This document shows positions 36,529 through 46,558 of a DNA stretch of 64,000 nucleotides, in pieces. A program made the position numbers and the translations under genes. The stretch is taken from the IMG/VR virus record IMGVR_UViG_3300017766_005733, positions 1-64,000 of that record. The stretch is one strand, 5' to 3'. The notes below the pieces were generated by a model. It was not told where the DNA came from. It was given only the letters and a program-made list of their open reading frames with translations, and made no database searches. Positions within the stretch are counted from its first letter, which is position 1; each line of letters begins with the position of its first letter. The DNA comes from a virus.

Positions 36529-38580
36529 TCAGACGCCGGCCCAGAGGCCATTGACGAAGCCACCGAGGTCGCCGCCGGCTTCTTTGATCTGGCGCAGACG
36601 CATGATTTCAGGTCGAGGATCGATGTCAAAGGTCCTCAGAGCCTCGGCCATCTTCTCTTCCGAGAGAGACGCCAGCCAAGACTTCATGCGAATGGCAACG
36701 GACGCCGGCAAATCCGGCATCAGCGCCAGCTTCTGCTTCGGCGCAAGGGTGTTGAAGGTCTCACCCTGCGGCGTCATGAAGCGAAGGTAGAAGGGCGTGA
36801 AAGATTCCTGATCGTGGGCGGGATCGAAGTGGATGCCGGCGAAGGCCGATCCATGATCAATCAAATGGATCTCGCCCTGCGGATTCATGAGCATGTTGTG
36901 GCCATGCCGATCGCCGTTTCCCGCCACCCAGTCAAGGACCGACCACTGCCAAAGGCGGCCGCGGAGGCGGTAGGACTCCATGGCCGACAGCACCCGCCCC
37001 GGATCCTGTTCTCGGATGTCGATCAGAGGCTTGAACTCTTCTGGCAGGAAGCTGATGGCGGCGTAGAGTTTGTCGTCGACCTTGACCCACTCAGTGCGCG
37101 CGAGGTCGCCCGCAAGCCCCCAAGAGCGCGCAAGCTGCCAGAAGGCGCCTTCACGGGCACTCGGCGGCGCCGGATCGTCTTGGATGCCCTTGATGGGGCC
37201 GGCGCGGCCACTGCCCGGCTTCATGTACCAAGTACCGGCGGGGGTGTCGATGAAGAAGGAGCCAGCGCTGTGGCGACCATCGAGATGCGCTGGACGCGCA
37301 GAGAAGACATTGTCAGTCAGCAGCTTGGCGACGTCTTCGCCGCTGGCGTGCATGGCCTCGATCTTCGACCTCGGCGTCACAGGCAGACTGCTCTTGGCCT
37401 CCGCCTTCGTCAAAGACTCCGACTTCACCAGCGGCATCATCTCAACCGCCGCCTTCAGGATGCCTCGGTTCTCTGCGGTGTCGGGCCAGTTGATGGCAGC
37501 CAAGGCCGTGGCCACGGGATCGGCGTCGTTGAGCCACGCCAGATGCCGCAGGCTCAACAGTGCCTCTTCGTCGTCACGGGCCTTCTCGCCCGTCAGCGAC
37601 AGCGCCGCGCGCCAATGTGCATAGACGCCGGGAGGCAACGGCAACAGGAAGTCGCGGGCAACCTCCGACTTGTCAAGGCGAGCCGTCAACAGGCGGTCGC
37701 GCAGTTCCTCGGAGATGCGAGGCGGCAGGCTACGCATCATCGCCAGATGCCGCAGCCCCTCGCCGTCATGGAACGCGGCGTCCATCCACTGCTCAGCGTC
37801 TTCCTCCGTCAACGGCGCCGACAGCGGCACGCGCTCCCACGCCCCCTGCGGCAGCACCAGTTGCTCCCAGAACTGACGCCAGACGTCTTCGGGCATCAGC
37901 GCCTGCGCATCAGGGGAAGCAGAGGCGATGAACAGCAACAGCGGATTGTCCTGCGCCGGCAAGTCCGCCGGCGAGCGCTGCGCCAGCTGACGGTAGATCG
38001 TGGGGATGAAGTCAAGGGGCACAGCGGGCATCAAGGCATCGAGCAGATGCTGGCCGGCTTCAGGTGACTCAATGGCGAGTCGCTTCAAAAGCGCATCGCG
38101 GCCCTCTTTCGTGCGCAGCTGCTGGGCATTGTGCTCCGTAGCCGCGGGGTGGCCGACGATGTCGAGAAGGCGCTCCATCTTGACGTGACGCACTACGTCA
38201 CACCACGCCTTGCCGTCGTACAGCTGGTGAACGATATGGGGCGCCGGCAGATCATCGATGACGCGATCGGCGATGGCCTGCGAGACGTGGCGGGGGCCAA
38301 ACCCCGGCATCGTGGTAGCCAGTGCCCGCTCTCTTGCGTCATCGGCGGCCAGAGCCCGGTAGGCGTCGCGCTCTTCTTCGGGCGCTGGCTGGGAGGGAAC
38401 CTCGGCCGATGCCTTGTGGTTGAGGAAGAACTCGTGTGCCGTGGCGCGGATGGCGTTAGACGCCGCGGCGTTGCCGAGGGCATCGACATTGGCGATGGCG
38501 GCGGCGATCTGGTCGCGGGTGGCGCTGGGGCTCAGGATCAGCCTCTCAGCGGCCTTCAGTGTTGCGATGACGTTGCTCAT
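36529..38580 (-). CDS. Helical N-terminal region plus PI3/PI4-kinase/HipA-like kinase
   Basis: YMKP, REGAFWQLA, GNGDRHGHN and LIDHGSAF motifs following the linker LVKSESLTKAE. Confidence 0.85.
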   Translation of the reverse strand: MSNVIATLKAAERLILSPSATRDQIAAAIANVDALGNAAASNAIRATAHEFFLNHKASAEVPSQPAPEEERDAYRALAADDARERALATTMPGFGPRHVSQAIADRVIDDLPAPHIVHQLYDGKAWCDVVRHVKMERLLDIVGHPAATEHNAQQLRTKEGRDALLKRLAIESPEAGQHLLDALMPAVPLDFIPTIYRQLAQRSPADLPAQDNPLLLFIASASPDAQALMPEDVWRQFWEQLVLPQGAWERVPLSAPLTEEDAEQWMDAAFHDGEGLRHLAMMRSLPPRISEELRDRLLTARLDKSEVARDFLLPLPPGVYAHWRAALSLTGEKARDDEEALLSLRHLAWLNDADPVATALAAINWPDTAENRGILKAAVEMMPLVKSESLTKAEAKSSLPVTPRSKIEAMHASGEDVAKLLTDNVFSARPAHLDGRHSAGSFFIDTPAGTWYMKPGSGRAGPIKGIQDDPAPPSAREGAFWQLARSWGLAGDLARTEWVKVDDKLYAAISFLPEEFKPLIDIREQDPGRVLSAMESYRLRGRLWQWSVLDWVAGNGDRHGHNMLMNPQGEIHLIDHGSAFAGIHFDPAHDQESFTPFYLRFMTPQGETFNTLAPKQKLALMPDLPASVAIRMKSWLASLSEEKMAEALRTFDIDPRPEIMRLRQIKEAGGDLGGFVNGLWAGV

Positions 38581-41500
38581 GGTTCACCGTAGGACGCCGC
38601 GATGGCTTTGCCCTTCTGATACTCTTTCTGCGCCGTCTTCAGGTATTCGTCAAGATGTTTCGACGTGCCGTCGGAGATCAGCCAGTCTTTGAGGTTGTCG
38701 TGCAGCGACTCATAGCCCTTGTTCCAGCCCATGGCCGACTTGGGCTCCATGCCGTTGTTGATCATGATCAACGAGATCAGGTTGCCGAGACGCGCGTCTT
38801 CGACGCCGCCGCCGTGCGAAGGACTGCGCTTGGCCAACAGGGCGTGGTTGACCACGGCGTTGTTGAGGCGTTCGTTGTCGCCGGCGATCTCGCGACGATG
38901 AGCGAACCCCACAAGGCGAGCGAACTGCGCGCAGTTGTGGGTGTAGGCCATAGGCGTCTTGGCGTCCACCTCGCCGTCGTTCGTGAAGTGGAAGAACTGC
39001 TTGTCTTCTCGACGCTTCTGATGTTCTTCGGGCGTCGAGGCCGCCGGCATAAGATGATCGAAGGCGATGTCGTGGGAGTAGTGACGGGCGGGGATCTCCG
39101 TGGAGGCCTCTTCCATTGCCGCCTGTGGCCCGAGCCCCTTGCCGCGCCCCTCGTAGTCGTGGTCGCGATGCGAGACGCTGTGAAACAGTTCGTGCATCAC
39201 CACCGCCCATGAATCATGATGGGCCTCAGGGTTGAAGGCCGCGGTTCCGCCAAGGGATTCCATGAACTGGCCGGCGTGAGTCTCATGTACCCGGACGCCA
39301 CCACCATTTTTGGTCCCGTAATCGCCGAGGACGCCGGGGGGCAGCTGCTGGCTGGTGGCCCTGACAACCGACGTCAGGGGCAGCGAGTTGCCGCCTTCGT
39401 TGATGCCAGTGACGTGAGCCAGACCCCGACGCAGGCGCTGCAGATGAGGTGCGTTCTGGCCGTCATCAAAGGCCGCCCCCCACTTGTTCAGCGTCTCGCC
39501 TCGCACCTGCCCAAGAGCCTTGCTACGCAAGTCCCCCGGCGCCGCGGCCGCAGCCCGCATGGCCTTGTTGTGGGCCGCGTAGATGTCACTTGGCTGATGC
39601 GGGAACGAGAAGTGCTCGTGCTTGGGCACGAACGACGGGTCGATCTTCGGCGGCGGCCGATTCACGAAGTCCATCTTCTTCAGGCGCTCAGCTGCGGCGC
39701 CAGCGTGCGCGGACTCCTGCCAGAACTTGTCCTGACCGTAGGCGCGCACCACACTCACCGGCTGCTTCGCGAGATGCGTCGGGTCTTTGCTCTTCAGCGG
39801 CTTCCAGAACTCGTGGTTGCCCGTGGGCTCGCCGACGGCCTTCTCGGCCTTCAGCAGATACGAGTACGGGCCGGCGCGTTCGTCGTAGTCCTGTCCCGTG
39901 GTCACATGTGACTTGTACTCGGGCTCGTAGCCGAGGCCGTGCTTTGCCGCCAACTGCATGTGGGTACGAGAAGCGGCCGTGGAATGCTCTTCGCCGGCGA
40001 CGCTGCGCAGCCGCAAGTGATTCTTTGCGTGCGACAGCAGGGCCTCATACATCGCCACGCCCAGCCGCTGCTTCCTCAGACCTCGGTGCAGGAAGGTGTT
40101 GGTGACGTTGAGCGTCTTCTTGTCGACGCGACCAGTGACTGTACCCACCTGCTTGCCCTCGACGTTGTAGAGTCGGGCCGTGGGCATAGGGTCGCCGGTT
40201 TCATCCGGAACATCGCTGACGCGCAGCGACAGCCCCTGACTTCGATGCTCAGGCGTCAAGACGTGGTTGTAGTCGAAGCTGTTGGCACCGACCTTCTGCC
40301 CCACGGGAATGTCCTTGAGCGCCATCTTGCGCAGGAACGATTCGCGGTATGGGCCGTAGCTATCAAGGGCCTCTTTGGCGCTGGGCTCGTGATCGATGTC
40401 GCCGGCGACAGAGTAGAGTCTCGTCATCGGGCGACCGCTGAAGTCCTTCTCCTCGATGAAGCGCTTGTTGGGACTGTCTAGTGCCTCGTCGAGGCTTGCG
40501 ATTGGAAAGCCATTCAGCTTCGCCGATGCCACGGGGTTTTCGTTCCACGGCTCTGATGTCTGCGCGTGGTGCTGCTCTGGCGTCTCGGGGGCACCCTTGG
40601 CGCCAACGACGCCGGGCATCGCAAGGATCTTGTCCCAGACCTTGTTGGCCGTCGGCGAAACCGACTTGTCGCTTCGCATCTTTCCGTGATACCGCAGCAT
40701 GCGCTGATACAGCAGGGTGCCGTATCCGGAGCCTTGAGCGCTGCCATGGGTTGCTGTTTCGCCGTGCTCGACGACGCCATTGCTGTCGACGCTGGCCGCC
40801 GAGGAGGAAACAGGGAACCCAAAAGGCTCCTTGTCGTAAGACAGCATGTGCATCACGCTGTATCCGCCGTGGTCGTATGGTGTGTCCTTGACGACATGGT
40901 GGTACAGGGGCTTCTCGCGGCTGCCGTGGTCTTCCCCAGCCGGGCGCTGGCTGTGAGGCACCCGATACGTCTCGATGCTCTGCAGGCCACCCTCGTACTG
41001 GCTGGTGCGATGAGGCCTCATGCCATGCTGCACGGCCTCGTAGGCCATCTTGTGCAGGTAGTCAGACTTCTTGAGGGTGCCGGGCTTGATCTTGACCTTC
41101 GCCGGCGCCTTCATGCCCTGCATCGTCTTCATGTACTCTTTGACGTAACCCGACTTGGCGATCTGCTGAGGCGTGGCGTTGATGGCCGCACCGCGACCCC
41201 AGCGCCAGCCGTAGGCCGTGCGCTCAGGCGTCTTCAGCTTGTCCTGCAGCCACTTCCAGTGATCGGAGGCGACCTCGTTGTAGAACTTGTGGTCGCTCTG
41301 GAACTTGGCGGTGAAAGAGTCCTGATCCAATCCCGGATACTTCGCCTGCAGGCCTTTGCTGTTCTGGTACTGGTCGTAGCCCGACACGGGCTTGAAGCCA
41401 ACGGCGCCGAAGGCCGTGTGGAAGGGCCCCTTGGAATGCGCGGCGTGCTTGATGTTCTTGCCAAACGACGACTCCAGCTGCGCCACCGGATGCAGACCCG

Positions 41501-43052
41501 GATGCAGGCCCTCGGGCGTCCATTGACTCGACTCTGCAGCGGGAGCGGGAGCAGAAATGGGAGCAGCGACAGCCGGCGCAACGACAGGCGCCAGCTTGGC
41601 CTCAGGCGCACGGCCATGGAGCCCCAAGCCCAGCCCACCGAGGCCGATGGCGGCCGCCAGCGCCTTCTCTTTCAGGCCCTTTTCAAGGTGCTGGTGGGTG
41701 TCACCGAGACGCAGCGTCGGCATGGCATCCGCCACACGCTGCACGTCCTCTTCCGTGGCCGGGCTTTCGTAGTCGGGCAGGCGATGATGATGGATGTCAA
41801 CAACGGCAGTCGGCTGATGGGTGTGGATCTGCTCGTGATTGAGCCAGCTACCCAGCCAGTCGCCGGCTGCGTGGTCGCCATAGGCGTCGTGGATCGTGTC
41901 GCCAATGCGGGCGCCGACGTGATGGATGTCGTCACCCATCTGGATCCCCACCAGCCTCGCCTCAGGGTGCTTCTTCTGGATGGCCCTTGCCAGAAGGCTG
42001 CAGCCGCCGGCGTGCCACGTCGATCCCGCGGCGGCCGTCTGGTCAAGGACGCCAAAACTCTCGTCGGAGCCACACCACTCGGCGATTCCAGAGCCCTTTG
42101 CGAGGGCCTCAGACTTCATGATGTTAGAGTGAAGCGACGGATTGGCGTTGAAAACACTCTTGATCTGATGGGGGTAGAAAGCAACCCAAGTCCCATCGCC
42201 GAAGTCGACTCCGTCGTGGCCCTTGTTCCTCAGCCCATCGAAGAAGGCGGCCTGCCACTTGGCATAGTTGGGGGCCATCCGGTGACTTTCAACGTCTTGC
42301 GGCTGAAAGACATAGGGGTTCTTGATCGACAAATGGACGGGCATGACGCGAGGGGCGTTGTTGCGATCAACGATCTGACCGCCGGAGAACACTGGTCCGC
42401 GGCTGTCGTTGTCGACGGCATACATCGACGCTTCTTTCGGATCATTCGTAAACCAAGCGCCCCGCTTGCCGATCTTGAAAGAAGAAAAGTCGACGTCTTT
42501 TGACGTCCCATGGTAGAGTTTCAGGGGCTTGCCTTGCGGATCCTTGACGTGCGACCCCGAAAACCACTCTTGGAACTCGGGGGTGTCGTGCTTCGCCAGT
42601 CCGTCGGCTTGCGATTCCCCATCCTGCATCCCCAGCAGCTGCAGCGTCACGTTGCGCGGCGAATGCAGATTGTCGGCGATCTCCTTCGGCAGCCCCTCAC
42701 TGACATCGACCCAGCGCCACTCACTGCACTCGTTGTCGGGGTCTTCTTCCGTCGTGACGCGCGGCTTTTCTTCGTCGTGGAACGTCACCTGATAGGCATG
42801 GACAAGGATCTTGCGGCCACGGCTTTCGACGACGTCAGAGCCGAGGGATTCCAGCACCTCGTTCCCCGTCTTCAGGCCCGTCTCTTCCCGGAGTTCACGG
42901 ACGGCGCCTTCGTAGGCCTCTTCGCCGTCCTCCAAATGGCCGCCGGGCAGCGTCCAACGACCGTTGTCGCGCCGCCGCCCCCAAAGCATGTCACCGGCGC
43001 CATCAAAGACGGCAATAGAAGCAACCTCGACGGCATCCTTGGTATCAGCCAT
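38577..43052 (-). CDS. Polyvalent protein: Nudix + ART-like + papain-like + TM/lysozyme-like + GNAT + GNAT + HExxH peptidase
   Basis: GGHLEDGEEAYEGAVRELREETG; LYHGT..WFT..YA..L.IKNP..GHDG..QIKS; GGC..LA..HHV..DAYG; LESS; QGSGYG; RKQRLG; MHELFH..EEASTE. Confidence 0.85.
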   Translation of the reverse strand: MADTKDAVEVASIAVFDGAGDMLWGRRRDNGRWTLPGGHLEDGEEAYEGAVRELREETGLKTGNEVLESLGSDVVESRGRKILVHAYQVTFHDEEKPRVTTEEDPDNECSEWRWVDVSEGLPKEIADNLHSPRNVTLQLLGMQDGESQADGLAKHDTPEFQEWFSGSHVKDPQGKPLKLYHGTSKDVDFSSFKIGKRGAWFTNDPKEASMYAVDNDSRGPVFSGGQIVDRNNAPRVMPVHLSIKNPYVFQPQDVESHRMAPNYAKWQAAFFDGLRNKGHDGVDFGDGTWVAFYPHQIKSVFNANPSLHSNIMKSEALAKGSGIAEWCGSDESFGVLDQTAAAGSTWHAGGCSLLARAIQKKHPEARLVGIQMGDDIHHVGARIGDTIHDAYGDHAAGDWLGSWLNHEQIHTHQPTAVVDIHHHRLPDYESPATEEDVQRVADAMPTLRLGDTHQHLEKGLKEKALAAAIGLGGLGLGLHGRAPEAKLAPVVAPAVAAPISAPAPAAESSQWTPEGLHPGLHPVAQLESSFGKNIKHAAHSKGPFHTAFGAVGFKPVSGYDQYQNSKGLQAKYPGLDQDSFTAKFQSDHKFYNEVASDHWKWLQDKLKTPERTAYGWRWGRGAAINATPQQIAKSGYVKEYMKTMQGMKAPAKVKIKPGTLKKSDYLHKMAYEAVQHGMRPHRTSQYEGGLQSIETYRVPHSQRPAGEDHGSREKPLYHHVVKDTPYDHGGYSVMHMLSYDKEPFGFPVSSSAASVDSNGVVEHGETATHGSAQGSGYGTLLYQRMLRYHGKMRSDKSVSPTANKVWDKILAMPGVVGAKGAPETPEQHHAQTSEPWNENPVASAKLNGFPIASLDEALDSPNKRFIEEKDFSGRPMTRLYSVAGDIDHEPSAKEALDSYGPYRESFLRKMALKDIPVGQKVGANSFDYNHVLTPEHRSQGLSLRVSDVPDETGDPMPTARLYNVEGKQVGTVTGRVDKKTLNVTNTFLHRGLRKQRLGVAMYEALLSHAKNHLRLRSVAGEEHSTAASRTHMQLAAKHGLGYEPEYKSHVTTGQDYDERAGPYSYLLKAEKAVGEPTGNHEFWKPLKSKDPTHLAKQPVSVVRAYGQDKFWQESAHAGAAAERLKKMDFVNRPPPKIDPSFVPKHEHFSFPHQPSDIYAAHNKAMRAAAAAPGDLRSKALGQVRGETLNKWGAAFDDGQNAPHLQRLRRGLAHVTGINEGGNSLPLTSVVRATSQQLPPGVLGDYGTKNGGGVRVHETHAGQFMESLGGTAAFNPEAHHDSWAVVMHELFHSVSHRDHDYEGRGKGLGPQAAMEEASTEIPARHYSHDIAFDHLMPAASTPEEHQKRREDKQFFHFTNDGEVDAKTPMAYTHNCAQFARLVGFAHRREIAGDNERLNNAVVNHALLAKRSPSHGGGVEDARLGNLISLIMINNGMEPKSAMGWNKGYESLHDNLKDWLISDGTSKHLDEYLKTAQKEYQKGKAIAASYGEP

Positions 43053-43063
43053 GTCCTACCCCT

Positions 43064-43915
43064 TCACAGTGCGCCGACGACGATCTTCTTGCCGAAGAGG
43101 TTGCGCAGCTGACCCATCAACGTCTTCTTCTGCTCAGCCAGTTCCTGCATGCGCTGCTGGAAGAGGCTGGCGCCGGCAACTGACACCGACTGCGACAGAC
43201 CGTCAATACCAAGGCTGTGGCTGCCGACGAGCGCAAATGTGGGCGCGAGAAGGCTCAGGGTCTCGATGGCCGCGATGACGGCCACGAGTTCATTGACGAG
43301 CGTCGGCAGCTGACCATCGGGGAAGCCGGCCGTGTACTCGATCGTCCAGTAGGCCGGGATGCGACCCGTCATCGTCATGTGGTGCATCATCGCCAAGCCA
43401 TACGGCGAACCCGTGCCGAGGGCGGCGAAGGTGGCGCCGGTGTTGGCGGGCGACAGAGGCAGGATGTAGACCTGACCACGGGCAAGGTAGCCGGGCTCGA
43501 TCCACTGCGGCGGCACCGTCCAGACGTCAACGCCGTTGCTGTCCTGAATCGACAGCTTGTCGACGCTCGACGCCGGGCGATTCTCCAGACGGAAGAAGCC
43601 GTAGCTATCGAACTCCTGACGATCGAAGGCCTTGCGCTCGCGGAACTTCGTCGGCATCAGCGTCAGCCGCGTTTCGGTCTCCAGCACCATCACGGCGCGG
43701 CGGATGATGTCCTTCAGCTGCTCGTCGGTGATGCGCGGCGCCGGATCGTTCGATCGCGCCTGACGCCATGCGCTGTACAGCGGAATGCCCCAGAGTTTGC
43801 GCATGCGCAGCTGCTCAGGGGTCACCAACGGCTCAAGACGCTGCCACGCCGTCTCGATGGCGTTGGGCAGGTAAAGGTCTTTACCGATGGACTTGGAGTT
43901 GCCGTAGTCGGCCAT
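43064..43915 (-). CDS. Head-tail adaptor (neck) protein
   Basis: IEYTAGF...P and SHSLGIDGLSQSVS motifs typical of myophage adaptors. Confidence 0.75.
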   Translation of the reverse strand: MADYGNSKSIGKDLYLPNAIETAWQRLEPLVTPEQLRMRKLWGIPLYSAWRQARSNDPAPRITDEQLKDIIRRAVMVLETETRLTLMPTKFRERKAFDRQEFDSYGFFRLENRPASSVDKLSIQDSNGVDVWTVPPQWIEPGYLARGQVYILPLSPANTGATFAALGTGSPYGLAMMHHMTMTGRIPAYWTIEYTAGFPDGQLPTLVNELVAVIAAIETLSLLAPTFALVGSHSLGIDGLSQSVSVAGASLFQQRMQELAEQKKTLMGQLRNLFGKKIVVGAL

Positions 43916-43923
43916 GAATCACC

Positions 43924-44322
43924 TCAGGGCATGACGAGGATGGCGGCGAGAAGACGTCCCGAAACGACACGGGTGCCTTCTGTCAAAGTATATCCCAAGC
44001 TGATAGTTCCGCGGAGTTTTGCCGTATCCTGCGACATCAACTCGACACGCCAGATCGATCCATCTTGAGCAAACGGCTGACTGGCGACCTTGGTCATGCG
44101 CTTGCTGCTATCGATGTTTTCAAAGGTGATGCTGAGAGTCGCACCGGCAGCCGGCATGTAGCGCACGACGGGGCTGTTGAGGTCCCACGACAGACGCATG
44201 GTGTTGACCAGCTGCAGGTTGATGGTCAGAGGGTCGCCGGAGGCAACCGAAACCTCGGTGGCCAGTTCCAGAGAGTTGACGCTCTGAACGTCGTCAAGCA
44301 GACGGATCGCAATCTGAGGCAT
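43924..44322 (-). CDS. Probable virion structural protein (beta-rich)
   Basis: GGAG SD and upstream AATCTT box; precedes the adaptor gene. Confidence 0.65.
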   Translation of the reverse strand: MPQIAIRLLDDVQSVNSLELATEVSVASGDPLTINLQLVNTMRLSWDLNSPVVRYMPAAGATLSITFENIDSSKRMTKVASQPFAQDGSIWRVELMSQDTAKLRGTISLGYTLTEGTRVVSGRLLAAILVMP

Positions 44323-44349
44323 GTTGGGCTCCGGGGGAGTACGTCCGCC

Positions 44350-45276
44350 TCAAGATTGAGCCTCGGCCGGCGGCCAGACAATAGCTATACCATTTGCCGT
44401 CAACTCAGCCGAAAGCCGCCCCTGCCCTGTCTCCAGCAGCAGCCGCTCCGGGGTCTCGTAGTCGATCGAGCCATCAAAAACGAGGCCGTTGACCACCGGG
44501 CGCACGCTGGCGTAGCCAACGACAGCGCCCTCGATGCCGCGAATGGGCACCAGCTTGCCGTTGTCGCGCGTCTCTCCGTTCACAACACCGCGGACGGCAA
44601 AGGTGCGGGCTTGATCGATGTCGATGACCTTGACGTTGGCCGGCAAGGCACCCGGAATCTGGGCAGGCAAGGGGTCCGGCGGCTCTTCGTCGACGCCAAC
44701 GAAGGCCTCTGGCGAGCACTTCGGCGCCTCTGAGGCCGCGTGCAGCTTCGCCACGCACTCAGGTAGTGTGCGGCCCATCCACGGCAAGCCACTCCCGAGG
44801 GTTCGGGAGGCAAGGAAGAAGAGATCCCGAGCGACTTCGCTGTCAGGCAGCCAGTGCTCTTGGGCCTTGCGCATGACGTTGACGACGGCGCCGTCCTCGG
44901 AGGCCCGCAGGAGCCCCCAAGCCAACGGCAGGCCCTTGATGTCTTCGTCGCGGACGTCGTGGGAGACCAGCAGCCAACCCGTCAGGCGCCTGCCCTGCGG
45001 CAGCAGTTCCCACTTGCCGGCGCTCATGTCCTCTCGCCGCGCATCGGCGCGGCTGCCCTTCACTTCGATGATGTCGATGCGATACTGGTTGCCCTTCTTG
45101 GTGCAGCCAACGGCGTCGGCGCGGAAGATACAGTCCAAGGGCGCACAGAGGCGGCTGCAGAGGCTGGTGACGCCGACCTCCTCTGCCATGACGCGGCACT
45201 CACGCTTGACCCAGAGCCAAGAAAAAGCCAGAGCCGTGAGGGCTCTGGTCGATTCTGCGCGAGACATCTTGGTCAT
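44350..45276 (-). CDS. PD-(D/E)XK nuclease-like (MmcB-like) protein with extra C-terminal domain
   Basis: EV...RADAVG...IIEVKGSRAD...K...LP..WGLL pattern; start uncertain. Confidence 0.7.
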   Translation of the reverse strand: MTKMSRAESTRALTALAFSWLWVKRECRVMAEEVGVTSLCSRLCAPLDCIFRADAVGCTKKGNQYRIDIIEVKGSRADARREDMSAGKWELLPQGRRLTGWLLVSHDVRDEDIKGLPLAWGLLRASEDGAVVNVMRKAQEHWLPDSEVARDLFFLASRTLGSGLPWMGRTLPECVAKLHAASEAPKCSPEAFVGVDEEPPDPLPAQIPGALPANVKVIDIDQARTFAVRGVVNGETRDNGKLVPIRGIEGAVVGYASVRPVVNGLVFDGSIDYETPERLLLETGQGRLSAELTANGIAIVWPPAEAQS

Positions 45277-45280
45277 GGCA

Positions 45281-45505
45281 TCAGTCTCCGGAGGCGTCAT
45301 CCCTCCTGCTGGCCATAGCACTGAACGCAGCCTCCTCCTTGTCGCGATCGACTTCTTCCTCGACGTCAGTGCCCAGCAGTCGATCGATGACTTGGCTCAG
45401 GTGACGGCTCATCGGGCGTCCACTGCCCACCATCATCTTGGAGCCAATGACCTGAAGCGCTTGCTTGGGTCGAAGGCCCTCGATCTGATGGCAGATTTCA
45501 CACAT
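45281..45505 (-). CDS. Small hypothetical protein (MCEIC...)
   Basis: ATG at 45505 overlaps the upstream gene end; CxxC N-terminus. Confidence 0.55.
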   Translation of the reverse strand: MCEICHQIEGLRPKQALQVIGSKMMVGSGRPMSRHLSQVIDRLLGTDVEEEVDRDKEEAAFSAMASRRDDASGD

Positions 45506-45809
45506 GGCTGAAGCCGTTTCGTCGGTCGAAGTCCTCGGACTCTTGGTAGAACTGATTGGGGGTGATGACCTCCCATTCCTCGCACAACTCCGTGAGCGTC
45601 GGCAGGTATGCAGACCGACCACCGCGGTGATCGGGCACCATCTTGAAGCGAATGGGGGCGTCGGTGTCGGGCACCAGCGCCTGCAGCCCCTTCCACGACT
45701 TTGGCCGCACCCAGATGCCGCAGTCGCTGTAAACGGCGTCGGGGATCATGCCGTCGCGCATGACAAGAAACGCCTGATACGCCTTCTTCATCGCTGTAAG
45801 GCAGTCCAT
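45498..45809 (-). CDS. Hypothetical protein
   Basis: GGAGG SD; starts immediately after the thyX stop. Confidence 0.65.
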   Translation of the reverse strand: MDCLTAMKKAYQAFLVMRDGMIPDAVYSDCGIWVRPKSWKGLQALVPDTDAPIRFKMVPDHRGGRSAYLPTLTELCEEWEVITPNQFYQESEDFDRRNGFSHV

Positions 45810-46538
45810 TCAATCCTCCGTGAGCGCCATAACCAGCGACGGCGACCAGTGACTAAAGTAACGCGGCATCTCGGGCTTGATGACCTGCCACATCTTGGTG
45901 ACGAGGATGCGGAACTCCTTGTCAGCGACTTCGGCGTCACGACGCGGGAACATCTGAAGGAACGCCGCGGCGTTGCCACTCCACGTCAGCCGGGTTTCGA
46001 TGCCGTTCGGCAGGATGCGAGCCGCAGCGCCCTGAGCCGTCTTCCGATCATGCCCCTTCGCCACCATGTGCTCGACGACGCCCTTGTAGGCATCGCGCCA
46101 AGCCATATCAAACTTGGTCAGCTTCTCGTGCAACTCCGGTGATAGGTCGGAGAGATCCGGGTGCATCATCACCCGCGACTCGGCCTCCGAAACGTAGCGG
46201 GTGCTGCGCTGGCTTGGGCTGAAGCCGACGTGGTGGCGGACCAACTCGTGGCTCAGGTTGCGGGTGACGCCCGTGATCCAGAGAACGAAGTGGCTGTGGT
46301 AGAGCACGTTGGGATGGTAGTGCTCAAGGATGTTGGCGTGAAAGTCGTCGCTGTTACGGCCGCGACCGAACGAGTCGTAGCAGCCGCGGCCGGCGAACTC
46401 AGCGATCTTCTCGCCCTCGGTCCCCTGCATCTGATCGCTGCGGCATCGACGGAACTCCTCGATGTCATCACCGACGAAAGATGGGCGCGCGACAAGTCGC
46501 ACGGAGATGCCGGAAGACTCAACCTGTTGAAGACTCAT
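45810..46538 (-). CDS. thyX: Flavin-dependent thymidylate synthase
   Basis: AGRGCYDS, HPNVLYH, SHELVRHH..SPSQRSTRY and AARILPN..T motifs; AGGAG SD before the ATG at 46538. Confidence 0.9.
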   Translation of the reverse strand: MSLQQVESSGISVRLVARPSFVGDDIEEFRRCRSDQMQGTEGEKIAEFAGRGCYDSFGRGRNSDDFHANILEHYHPNVLYHSHFVLWITGVTRNLSHELVRHHVGFSPSQRSTRYVSEAESRVMMHPDLSDLSPELHEKLTKFDMAWRDAYKGVVEHMVAKGHDRKTAQGAAARILPNGIETRLTWSGNAAAFLQMFPRRDAEVADKEFRILVTKMWQVIKPEMPRYFSHWSPSLVMALTED

Positions 46539-46558
46539 GTGCTGGCTCCTTCCCTTCC

